From an uncultured Acidobacteriota bacterium (lineage in GTDB: Bacteria; Acidobacteriota; Thermoanaerobaculia; Gp7-AA8), in assembly GCA_963741955.1 (NCBI GenBank), contig CAVUKB010000007.1:736001-800000 (forward strand): a DNA stretch of 64,000 nucleotides, written 5' to 3'. Numbering within the stretch: the first letter of the stretch is position 1; every line of letters begins with the position of its first letter. Below the pieces are notes generated by a model that did no database searches, was not told where the DNA came from, and worked only from the letters and a program-made list of their open reading frames with translations. Position numbers and translations under genes: made by a program. This document shows, one piece after another, positions 49,340-60,540 of the stretch.

Positions 49340-49449
49340 CATCGCTCGCGGCGGAACGCCGCTCGCCATCGCGCGAGGACGCGCAACCCACTTCGCGCGA
49401 GGACGCGCAACCCACTTTGGCGCGAGGACGCGCAACCCACTCGCGCGAG
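49340..49449 (-). repeat. GTGGG element copy 5 (inverted) with ~24-bp terminal unit repeated 3 times
   Basis: The + strand reads (T)CGCGCGAGGACGCGCAACCCAC three times plus a partial unit at 49369-49449. Confidence 0.8.
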
Positions 49450-49452
49450 TGA

Positions 49453-50070
49453 TCAGCTTCCGTTCGTGCCGCTGGTGCTTCCCGGCTGATGCGGCGGGAA
49501 CCCCGACGTCGCCGGCGGCGGAGTGGCGGGAGGCGCCGGCGCGCCCTTGACCACGTTCAGCGTCGTCTTCATCCCCTTTGCGACATCACTTCCGGCCGGA
49601 CTCGAGACCGTGTACGTCCCGGGCTGGAGATCGATCTCGAGCCGACGAGTCTGGGACGGCTCGACCTCCTCGGGGACCTTCGCATCGAGCCCGTATCCCT
49701 GGAGCTCGAAGCCGTGCTTCTCCTTTCCGGCATTCGTGATCAGGAAGATGGTGTCTCCAGGCGGGATCGTGTCGGGCATCTGGATCCGGTATTCGAGGAG
49801 CTGAACGTCGACGTTCCTTCCGCTCTGATTCTCCGGGACGAAGTCCTCGCCACGCTCTGCGGTTCCGGGAGTTCCGGTGGGACTGAGTGCGGTCGAGATC
49901 CCCGACCCGGTGAGCTGCGGATTGTCGTTCTCGGGATGCTTCTCGCGGATGCATCCCGACGCGAGGAGGGAGACTGCCGCGAAGATCACCGCAGCGGTGT
50001 ACGCTCCGGCGCCGGCGCGCTTCAATACCGCGTACGACCGTCGACCCCCGGTTCCGATGACATCAGTCAC
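49453..50070 (-). CDS. Cupredoxin-fold lipoprotein lacking the Cys/His copper ligands
   Basis: Lipobox ASGC; HGFEL...PGTYTVSSPAGSDVAKGM; SD GGAGGT before GTG 50070. Confidence 0.7.
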   Translation of the reverse strand: MTDVIGTGGRRSYAVLKRAGAGAYTAAVIFAAVSLLASGCIREKHPENDNPQLTGSGISTALSPTGTPGTAERGEDFVPENQSGRNVDVQLLEYRIQMPDTIPPGDTIFLITNAGKEKHGFELQGYGLDAKVPEEVEPSQTRRLEIDLQPGTYTVSSPAGSDVAKGMKTTLNVVKGAPAPPATPPPATSGFPPHQPGSTSGTNGS

Positions 50071-50092
50071 GATCTCTACCTCCGATCTCCGT

Positions 50093-50575
50093 TCATTGGA
50101 CCTGAAGCTGCGACTCCATCCCTTTCTGTACGTGCTGATCGACGGGACAGTAGACGCGGTACGTTCCGTTCTCGAGGTTCGCCTCGACCCGGGCGGTGTT
50201 GCCCGGCTGGATCGTGTCGACACCCGCCTGAATGCCCTGACCGTCGATCTCGAATCCGTGCACGATATTCGACGCGTTCTTCACCACGAATGTCCGCTCG
50301 CCGGGAGGAAGGGTCGACGGAATGTCGATGCGATAGCTGGTGAGGGTGACCGCGGTGGTTGCGCCGGCGGCGGGGTTGGTTCCCATCGTCTCGTTCGCGG
50401 CGGTGAACGATGCCGTCGCCGTTTCGGTCGGTCCCGTTCCCGGTTCCGATTCGAGAGCGCTGGTGGTTCCGGTGGTGCTGTTCGACGCCTCGCCGGACGA
50501 GTTCTGGCATCCGACGACGGATCCGAGCACGATCCCGATCGCGACGAGCCATAGGGCGTAGCGTTTCGTGAGCAT
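50093..50575 (-). CDS. Cupredoxin (type-1 copper) lipoprotein
   Basis: Lipobox VVGC; H...YCPVDQHVQKGM gives the H/C/H/M ligand set. Confidence 0.82.
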   Translation of the reverse strand: MLTKRYALWLVAIGIVLGSVVGCQNSSGEASNSTTGTTSALESEPGTGPTETATASFTAANETMGTNPAAGATTAVTLTSYRIDIPSTLPPGERTFVVKNASNIVHGFEIDGQGIQAGVDTIQPGNTARVEANLENGTYRVYCPVDQHVQKGMESQLQVQ

Positions 50576-50659
50576 CGGCCTGACCTCCCGGATCGCCTGT
50601 GGGTGATCCGGGAGGTCCCGACGCAAAACGCGTGCAAGAACGGTGGAATCGGGTATCGC

Positions 50660-53284
<2,625 letters not shown>

Positions 53285-53316
53285 TGGTTTACCTTACCTG
53301 TATTCCGAGATTTAGT

Positions 53317-53341
53317 AATCTGACAGCATGTCACTCAGATT
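53317..53341. promoter_or_regulatory. Inverted repeat upstream of clpB (HspR/HAIR-like operator)
   Basis: AATCTGA-N11-TCAGATT. The minus strand reads TCTGAGT-N7-TGTCAGA, resembling CTTGAGT-N7-ACTCAAG. Confidence 0.5.
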
Positions 53342-53492
53342 TCTCATCTCACAACAGTGTGCCCGGCGTCCTCATTTCCGCCGCGGCGGGAGAGTCTACG
53401 GAGCCGAGCTCGGTTGATTTGCGCGCCGCGCTTCTTCCGGAAGAGAATGCGAGTGGCCTGCCGTATTTTCCGCGTAGAGGAGGTTCTTTCTG

Positions 53493-55052
53493 ATGGCACA
53501 ACGACGCTCGAAGCCTCTCCGGACCGAACGGGACAGTCTCGGGGAAGTCCGGGTCCCGAAAAATGCCCTTTTCGGCGCCCAGACGCAGAGGGCGGTGGAG
53601 AATTTTCCGGTGAGCGGACTGCGCGAGCACCCGGTCCTGATCCGGGCGTACATCGTCCTGAAGAAGGCGGCGGCGCTTGCGAATCACGAATTGCGGGCGC
53701 TCGATCGGAAACGAGCCACTGCAATCTCCGACGCCTGCGATGCGATCCTCGGGGACGATCCGCTTCCCTTCGCGCGCGCTCTCTCTCGATCTCGCGCGAT
53801 GCAGAGGAAAGAAGGAAAGAAGGGAGGGCGGCAGAAGAGCGGCGAGCCGGAGGACGATCTCCGGTCGGTGCCGTACCGGATTCCCGCCGAGTGGATCGAT
53901 CCCGAATACCGGGACGAGTTCGTCGTCGACGTCTTTCAGGCCGGAGCGGGGACGTCGTTCAACATGAACTGCAACGAGGTGATCGCAAATCTTGCGAACC
54001 GGAGTCTCGGCGGAAAGCTCGGAGTCTGGGATCCGGTCCATCCGAACGATCACGTCAACATGGCGCAGTCGACGAACGACACGTTTCCCACCGCGACGCG
54101 TCTCGCCACGCTGCTTCTGCTTCGCGAGCTTTTCCCCGCGCTGGACATGCTCGCGTTCGCGTTCGACGCGAAAGGAGAGGAGCTCGCAGACGTGGTCAAG
54201 TCGGGGAGGACGCATCTGCAGGACGCCGTTCCGGTGACACTGGGTCAGGAGTTCGCGGCGTATGGAGCGGCGATCCACCGGGCCACCGACCTGCTGGAAG
54301 ACGCGGCCGACCAGTTGAGGCTTCTCGGGATCGGCGGAACCGCGACCGGCACCGGCATCAATACTCCGACCGGATACCGGCACGCCGTGGTCCGCTATCT
54401 GTCGCTCTTCACCGGATTCGATCTCGCGTCGAATCACGACCTTCGCGAGTCGATGCAGTCGCAGCTTCCTCTCGCCGCCGTCTCGGGAGCCCTCCGGAAT
54501 CTGGCGCTCGAGCTCACGCGAATCTCGAACGACCTGAGACTTCTCGCATCGGGACCGCTCACCGGGCTGGCTGAGATTCAGCTGCCGCCGGTGCAGCCAG
54601 GCTCGTCGATCATGCCCGGGAAGGTCAATCCCTCGATGGTCGAATGTCTCAACCAGATCTGCTTCCACGTGATCGGCGCCGACGCGGCAGTCGCGCACGC
54701 AGTCGGGGCGGGACAGCTCGAGCTGAACGTCATGATGCCGCTGATGGCCTTCGAGATTCTCTTCTCGATGGAGATCCTCGCGAATTTTCTCCCCATCTTC
54801 GTTCAGAAGTGCGTGTCCGGGATCACCGCGGACCGGAAACGCTCGGAGGAGTACTACATCACGTCGCCTTCGCTGGCGACGGCGCTCAACCCGATCATCG
54901 GATACGAAAAGGCCGCCACCATCGCCAAGGAATCGGCGAAACGCCACACCCCGATTCCGCAGTTGCTTCGAGAGAAGGGGCTTCTTTCGGAAGAGGAGAT
55001 CCGGCGCATTTTCACACCGGGCTTCCTCACCGGACAGGCCGAGAAAGAATGA
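53493..55052 (+). CDS. Aspartate ammonia-lyase / class II fumarase family enzyme
   Basis: RTERDSLG, QAGAGTSFNMN, QSTND, GRTHLQDA and GSSIMPGKVNP. Confidence 0.92.
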   Translation: MAQRRSKPLRTERDSLGEVRVPKNALFGAQTQRAVENFPVSGLREHPVLIRAYIVLKKAAALANHELRALDRKRATAISDACDAILGDDPLPFARALSRSRAMQRKEGKKGGRQKSGEPEDDLRSVPYRIPAEWIDPEYRDEFVVDVFQAGAGTSFNMNCNEVIANLANRSLGGKLGVWDPVHPNDHVNMAQSTNDTFPTATRLATLLLLRELFPALDMLAFAFDAKGEELADVVKSGRTHLQDAVPVTLGQEFAAYGAAIHRATDLLEDAADQLRLLGIGGTATGTGINTPTGYRHAVVRYLSLFTGFDLASNHDLRESMQSQLPLAAVSGALRNLALELTRISNDLRLLASGPLTGLAEIQLPPVQPGSSIMPGKVNPSMVECLNQICFHVIGADAAVAHAVGAGQLELNVMMPLMAFEILFSMEILANFLPIFVQKCVSGITADRKRSEEYYITSPSLATALNPIIGYEKAATIAKESAKRHTPIPQLLREKGLLSEEEIRRIFTPGFLTGQAEKE

Positions 55053-55293
55053 GAGGAGAGGCGGAGCTCCCGGATGAAACACACTCGCCGAGGGGCGCGG
55101 ATGCTCTCATCCGCCGCGCAAATCGTGTTCGGAGCGGTTCGAGACGATTCCTGTGGCAGAAGCGGAGGCTCCGTATCAGACAGACGCTTCGCGCTCAGTC
55201 ACAGCCTCCGTCTTCATCCCGTACGACACGATCATCGCGGCGGATCGGAGGATCCGCACCCCAAATGAGAACCGGTAACGACCGGGTGACGCG

Positions 55294-55866
55294 ATGACGG
55301 ATTCCGCGGCGCTCCGGCTGTTCGTGGCGACGAAGCTTCCCGACGCGCTCGGTGACGCGATCGAGGGGATCGCAAAGCCGCTGCGCAACCGGCTGCCGCG
55401 CGGCTCGTGGCTCCGGCCGCATTCCGTACACCTGACCCTCGCGTTTCTCGGCGATCAGCCGGGATCGATCGTCGCTCCGCTCGGCTCGTCGCTCTCCTCG
55501 TCGGTCGCCGCGGTCGACGCGTTCGAGGCGAACGTCTCGGGTTCGGGGTTCTTTCCCGATGCACGACGACCCAGAGTCGGATGGCTGGGCCTGACGCCGG
55601 AGGAGCGATTCCGCGAGCTCGCGCATGCGGTGAGGGAGACTCTCGAGAGGGAGGGAGTCGACTACGACCGGAAGCCGTTCACTCCGCACCTGACGGTGGT
55701 GCGGGCTCGGGAGAGATGGAGCCGCTCGGATGCGGAAACGTTCGAGCGCGCTTTCTCAGAGCTCCGGACGCCGCCGTTCCGGCTACCCGAAGTGATCCTC
55801 TTCTCGAGCGAGCTGCGCCCGGAGGGAGCAGTGCACACGGCCCGCGCGACGGCGCGGCTCGGATGA
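55294..55866 (+). CDS. thpR: RNA 2',3'-cyclic phosphodiesterase (2H family)
   Basis: RLFVA, HLTLAFLG, FTPHLT and SEL...G. Confidence 0.9.
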   Translation: MTDSAALRLFVATKLPDALGDAIEGIAKPLRNRLPRGSWLRPHSVHLTLAFLGDQPGSIVAPLGSSLSSSVAAVDAFEANVSGSGFFPDARRPRVGWLGLTPEERFRELAHAVRETLEREGVDYDRKPFTPHLTVVRARERWSRSDAETFERAFSELRTPPFRLPEVILFSSELRPEGAVHTARATARLG

Positions 55867-57159
55867 TCAGTCGACCAGGGTGATGCCACCGGTGGGAGGC
55901 GTACTGCTCGGGTTGAGGTACTCGCCCTTCAGGTGGGAGAGGAAGAGATCGGTGTCGGGGCGACCTTCCGGACCGAAGCCGATCACCAGATAGCGGTCGG
56001 GTCTCTGGAGGTACTTGTAAGTATTCCCCCAGGGATCCTCGAGCATGCGGGCCGTGGTGTAGTACGGGACGAGCTGCTGGAGCTGGATCGGTGCCGTCCC
56101 TCCATGGGTGAGGGTGTAGGCTTCGATGGCCTGACGCACCGACTCGAGCCGCTGCATGGAGATGGCCTTCTGCGTTTCGACGATCGCGCTGCTCCTGCGC
56201 TGGAAGGGCTGGAGGTGATTCAGCGGGTTGAGGAACGAGGTGACCAGTGAGCCGAGCGCGATCAGAGCGAGGAGAACGATCAGAGGAAGGGGGAGGACTT
56301 CCGGAATCTCGGTCGGTGCGGTCTGGTCGACGGGCATCTCGACGACCGGAGTTGCCTTCGTCCGCACTTCCTCGATCAGATCGCGGGTGAGCAGCTCGTA
56401 GAGGCCCTTGCAGGTGTCGAATTCCGACTGGCGGCTGCCGTCGACGATCTCCCCGACGGTGAGCGTCCCGTCCACCAGATCATAGATCGCCTTCTCCTGG
56501 GCGGTGATACGGATCTTCTCCGGCGAGAGGACGGAAGTCTTCTTCGCCTTGCGGGAGGAAGTCTCGTCGAAATCGAAATCGTCCGCATCATCGTCGGCGA
56601 CGACCGTGATCTCCTGGTCGATCAGCTTCTTCCGGAACATCATGTCGAACGAGCGGACCCTCTTTTCGATGATTGGCCACTCGTCGATCATCCGCGCGCC
56701 TTCCATCAGGATGGATTCGGCCGTGATCGGTACGACCACGTCGCGGTCGTACTCGATGGTGGTCTCCTGCGAGAAGTGGTACTCGCCGTCCTTCCATCGG
56801 AACAACCGGTAGATGATCTGGAGAATCTGGAGGTGAAGCGCTTCTCGAAGGTTGTCCTGAGAGATGATCCCGTAGTGGGTGAGGATGAATCCGAGTCGTT
56901 GGAGGGTCTCTTTCTGGATCTCGAGGGCGCGAGAGAGCTGCTCTTCGGTGAGCATCGCGGTCTTGAGCAGAACCCGGCCGAGACGGTTCTCGAGACGCTT
57001 GTTCAGCGAATCTGCGGCGACGACTCTTCCTTCGAGGAAGGTCACCGTGACGGTGTCCTCCTTTCCGCGGAGAGTGAGGACTCCCGTCTTCCGCTGCAAT
57101 CCGATCAGCTGGAAGATGTCCGCGAGACTGAAGTCCTTGAGTGTGCCTTCGAGAGCCAT
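55867..57159 (-). CDS. DUF4388 protein with TM helix and C-terminal GspG-like domain
   Basis: MALEGTLKDFSLADIFQLI...KTGVL, RLGRVL repeats and DPWGNTY.Y. Confidence 0.8.
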   Translation of the reverse strand: MALEGTLKDFSLADIFQLIGLQRKTGVLTLRGKEDTVTVTFLEGRVVAADSLNKRLENRLGRVLLKTAMLTEEQLSRALEIQKETLQRLGFILTHYGIISQDNLREALHLQILQIIYRLFRWKDGEYHFSQETTIEYDRDVVVPITAESILMEGARMIDEWPIIEKRVRSFDMMFRKKLIDQEITVVADDDADDFDFDETSSRKAKKTSVLSPEKIRITAQEKAIYDLVDGTLTVGEIVDGSRQSEFDTCKGLYELLTRDLIEEVRTKATPVVEMPVDQTAPTEIPEVLPLPLIVLLALIALGSLVTSFLNPLNHLQPFQRRSSAIVETQKAISMQRLESVRQAIEAYTLTHGGTAPIQLQQLVPYYTTARMLEDPWGNTYKYLQRPDRYLVIGFGPEGRPDTDLFLSHLKGEYLNPSSTPPTGGITLVD

Positions 57160-57165
57160 GTGTCC

Positions 57166-59040
57166 TCAGACGATCTTCTGCTTGTAAACCGGAACCGATA
57201 CCGCGATCCACGTCGCGATGGCGAGCACGATGGTGACGACGCGGACGATGTTCTTCATCAGAGTCGACGGCGCTCCGACCGGAGCGAGATCCCCGATCAG
57301 GATTGCAGCCGCGACGAACGCCAGAAATGCAATCAGCGCGATCAACCCTTTGAGCGTCGAGCCGTCGACGATCTGAGCGGTGCCCGGGAGGAATGTCGCC
57401 AGCAACTTTTTCACCCTCAGCACGCGCGACTGATACTGCTGGACCTCGGTTACCTTGTTCCGCTTGGTCGCCACCGCCACGCCGTCGCGCTTCAGATAGA
57501 TGTGAATGCACTGTGTACAGTAGGTCGCACTCTCCCGCGACGATTTGCATCGGTGGCAGAAGGTACGGCCGCATTTGATGCAGATGCCGGCGAGTCCGTT
57601 GCGCTTTCGCAACGAGGCGAGACCGAATGCGAGGGCAATGGAAAGAAGCGCCCCGATGGAAAGCGCATTGAGCAGACCCGGCAGAGGGGAAAACGCGGCA
57701 TAACTGCCGAACGTCTCACGGCCCCGGCCCGACCCGGAGATCTGGTTGTCGAGGCTCCAGGCGGCGGACATCGGGAGATCGTAGCGCACGATCTTCTGCT
57801 GGGGACGATTCGCGAGGAGCCGTTCGATCATCGAGCCGCCGTACTTACGCGCGAGCTCGACCTGCTGACCCTGTTCGTCGAAGTGGTAGAGCTCTCCGCT
57901 CGCCACCGAGTGGTTGTAGTACGCGATCGCGAGATCGGGCTGGGTCTGTTCCGCGATCTTGTATTCGTTCACCGCCGCAGGAATGTCGCTGTTCAGGAAG
58001 TGGATGTTGCCGATGTTCAGGTGTGCTCCGGCGAGCTTCTGATCGAGCTGCGCAGCCTGATTCAGTCGAAGCAGCGCCGCACTGTCGTTCCCCTGCAGGA
58101 ACTCCAGATTCCCGAGCAGCAGCTGGAGGCGCCCGTTGTCGGGGACCGCCTGGGCGAGATCGCGAAGCCGGGCGATCACTTCCGGATCGTAGCTCCGTTC
58201 GATCGAATCGGCCGCACCGCGGACGATCGGGCTGTCCGCCCCGGCGATCAGATACGACGTCCAGTCGAGTCCGACCGGAATGAGGGCGAGAGCGACCAGC
58301 ATCGTCGCGATGGCCGCCTTTTCCCGCACTGTCGCGTATGCGAAGAAGACCACGAACCAGTAGAGGATCAGCCAGATCGGGCCGAGCCAGAGGAAGAGCG
58401 GGAGGAAGAGCACCGCGAAAGCCAGAACCGTCGTCGTTCCGGCGCCGAATCGCTCACTCAGTCGCTCCCTCAGGTCGTGCGCCGCCACGCGCGAGTAGCG
58501 GGCGAAGAGTGCGATCGCGAAGACGATTGCGGAGATCCCGATGGCCACCCAGAACACCACCAGCAGATTCGCGAAAACCAGCGTACGGGAGGTGTAGTTT
58601 CCCACTGCATAGGCAATCCCGCGTGCGAGATGCCGGGCGGTCCCGGCCGGATCGCTCTTCTCGAGTGCAAGCTCCGCGGCAGTGAACTGAACGTCGGCCG
58701 ATCGCGGGTCGAGCTTTTCCGCCGCGGCAATGGACCATTTTGCCAGTTCCGGTTTTCCCAGCTGAGAAGCCTCGCGTGCGTACGAAGCCGCGGCCCGGGC
58801 ATACAGCGGGAACCGTTGCACCCCGAGCTGACGTGCAGTGTCGAGCAGGTCGTTCAGATTCCGGCTCGCGAGGTCCGTATCGCCCTTCTCGACGGCAGTC
58901 ATCGACTGCATCCAGAGATCTCGTGGGGCCACTGATGGTCGCGCCATGAGCGGGACGGCTCCCATCGCCGCCACGAGAATCACCACTGCGCCCAGCCGGA
59001 GCTGGAACTTAGATGGTCTTGCTGCGCTGGACGTACGCAA
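57166..59040 (-). CDS. Membrane TPR protein with Cys cluster (start uncertain)
   Basis: TPR-like helices (AHLNIGN, AYYN), TM segments and CIKCGRTFCHRC...CTQC. Confidence 0.78.
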   Translation of the reverse strand: MRTSSAARPSKFQLRLGAVVILVAAMGAVPLMARPSVAPRDLWMQSMTAVEKGDTDLASRNLNDLLDTARQLGVQRFPLYARAAASYAREASQLGKPELAKWSIAAAEKLDPRSADVQFTAAELALEKSDPAGTARHLARGIAYAVGNYTSRTLVFANLLVVFWVAIGISAIVFAIALFARYSRVAAHDLRERLSERFGAGTTTVLAFAVLFLPLFLWLGPIWLILYWFVVFFAYATVREKAAIATMLVALALIPVGLDWTSYLIAGADSPIVRGAADSIERSYDPEVIARLRDLAQAVPDNGRLQLLLGNLEFLQGNDSAALLRLNQAAQLDQKLAGAHLNIGNIHFLNSDIPAAVNEYKIAEQTQPDLAIAYYNHSVASGELYHFDEQGQQVELARKYGGSMIERLLANRPQQKIVRYDLPMSAAWSLDNQISGSGRGRETFGSYAAFSPLPGLLNALSIGALLSIALAFGLASLRKRNGLAGICIKCGRTFCHRCKSSRESATYCTQCIHIYLKRDGVAVATKRNKVTEVQQYQSRVLRVKKLLATFLPGTAQIVDGSTLKGLIALIAFLAFVAAAILIGDLAPVGAPSTLMKNIVRVVTIVLAIATWIAVSVPVYKQKIV

Positions 59041-59467
59041 GCTTCAGCTCCCCCCGGTGAAGTTCGAGGAACTCCTGCTCCTCTTGCGTCAGATTGCCGC
59101 GGGTCTTCTCCCCCAGCATGTCGATGATGTCGATCATCTGCTTCGCTGCTCGCACGTCCACCTGTACTTCGGGCTGATACGGATTGCGAAGCATGCCCAG
59201 ACTCATGTACCCGTTCACGATCAGACTTTCGACGAAGTTCGTGAACGGTGTGCCGGGATTCGCCCCCTGCTCTTCGATGCTCCGCTTCTTCTTCGGCGGC
59301 TCCTGCGGGGGAGGCTCGGGCGCCGCTTTCTTCTCTTCGCTCGGCGCTGCCGCCGGGCCGTTCGAAGGCTTCACCTCGTCGCGGTACTCTTCCCGGATCT
59401 CGCCCTCCGAGGTGAAGATCCGCTTGTCCGTGACTTTCAGCGAAGACTCTTTCTTATCGTCGGGCAC
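59009..59467 (-). CDS. DUF1844 family protein
   Basis: KVTDKRIF and AKQMIDIIDMLGEKTRGNL; SD GGAGGGAG. Confidence 0.85.
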   Translation of the reverse strand: MPDDKKESSLKVTDKRIFTSEGEIREEYRDEVKPSNGPAAAPSEEKKAAPEPPPQEPPKKKRSIEEQGANPGTPFTNFVESLIVNGYMSLGMLRNPYQPEVQVDVRAAKQMIDIIDMLGEKTRGNLTQEEQEFLELHRGELKLAYVQRSKTI

Positions 59468-59606
59468 GACGACTCCCTCCCGCTCTCGAATTCTGCGCAG
59501 ACTCACTTACAGATTGCAGGGACCGAACGATCCGGAACTAATCCGGGTACTCTCAATAACTTAGTTCGCATCTTATCACCGGCATTCCACCCCCGCAAAC
59601 CACGTT

Positions 59607-60377
59607 TCAGCCGCCGAGAGTGCGCTCGAGAAAGCGGTCGATCCGCTCCCAGGCGTCCTTCGCGTCGTCGGCTCGGAATCCTCCCTGGTTGCTCGGGTTC
59701 ATGAACGCGTGACCTGCTCCATCGTAAATCCGGATGTCGTGAGGGATCAGCTCTTTTTCGAGTGTGCGATGAAACTGCTCGACGTCCGCGGGGGTGATCC
59801 CGCGATCCTTTGCGCCGAAGTTTCCCATCAGAGGCATCTTCAGCTTTTCGATGGTTGAAGGATCCGTGATCAGGCGGCCGTAGTTGACCACCACTGCCGC
59901 GAGCTTCGGCTCAGAGACCGCGAAGGAGAGCGCGTATCCTCCCCCCATACACCAGCCGATCACGCCGATCCGCTTCGGATCGACGTCGGGTCGTTTCGCG
60001 AGGTACTCGAAAGCGGCGGTCAGGTCGGCGTTCGCCCGATCTTCCGGGAGACCTCTCATCAGCTCGTGCGCCTCGGCGGGGTCGCTGGTGCTCTTCCCCC
60101 GGTACAGGTCGACCGCGAGCGCAACGTAGCCGTTGCGTGCAAAGCGATCGGCATCGTCACGGATCCAGTCGGTGAGCCCCCACCACTCGTGGATCACGAT
60201 GATTGCGGGATGGATCCCCGCCCCTTCGGGCAGCGCGAGATAGGCCGTCGCTTTCCCGGGGCTGGAGTCGAACGACACCGTCGATCCGCGGTGGGCTTCG
60301 GGAGTGGCGGCGTGGAGGTGAATCGCCAAAGCGGCGAAGAGTACTGCGATGACCACTCCTCTGACCCTCACTCTCAT
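59607..60377 (-). CDS. Dienelactone hydrolase family protein (exported)
   Basis: HEWWGL, GWCMGG and GHAFMN. Confidence 0.92.
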   Translation of the reverse strand: MRVRVRGVVIAVLFAALAIHLHAATPEAHRGSTVSFDSSPGKATAYLALPEGAGIHPAIIVIHEWWGLTDWIRDDADRFARNGYVALAVDLYRGKSTSDPAEAHELMRGLPEDRANADLTAAFEYLAKRPDVDPKRIGVIGWCMGGGYALSFAVSEPKLAAVVVNYGRLITDPSTIEKLKMPLMGNFGAKDRGITPADVEQFHRTLEKELIPHDIRIYDGAGHAFMNPSNQGGFRADDAKDAWERIDRFLERTLGG

Positions 60378-60540
60378 TCCTCTCCTCCCGGCGCGACTTC
60401 TCGGAGACCCAAAGATACTGCAAATGCGCGCGTTCTGGTACTGCCGCCTTTCCGGAGAAATCCGGGCCGGCCGGTTACCGGAGATTCGCCGGAGGGTTCG
60501 ACCGGGACGGACGACGAGTCTCTCCGGCATAATGCCGGCG

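Noticed and set aside
49369-49449. Possible mini-CRISPR (three ~24-bp repeats)
   Set aside because: The repeats are contiguous without spacers, there are no cas genes, and the unit is part of the REP-like element.
53753-53900. Intein in the lyase insertion
   Set aside because: It is too short and lacks the C/S start and HN-C/S/T end motifs.
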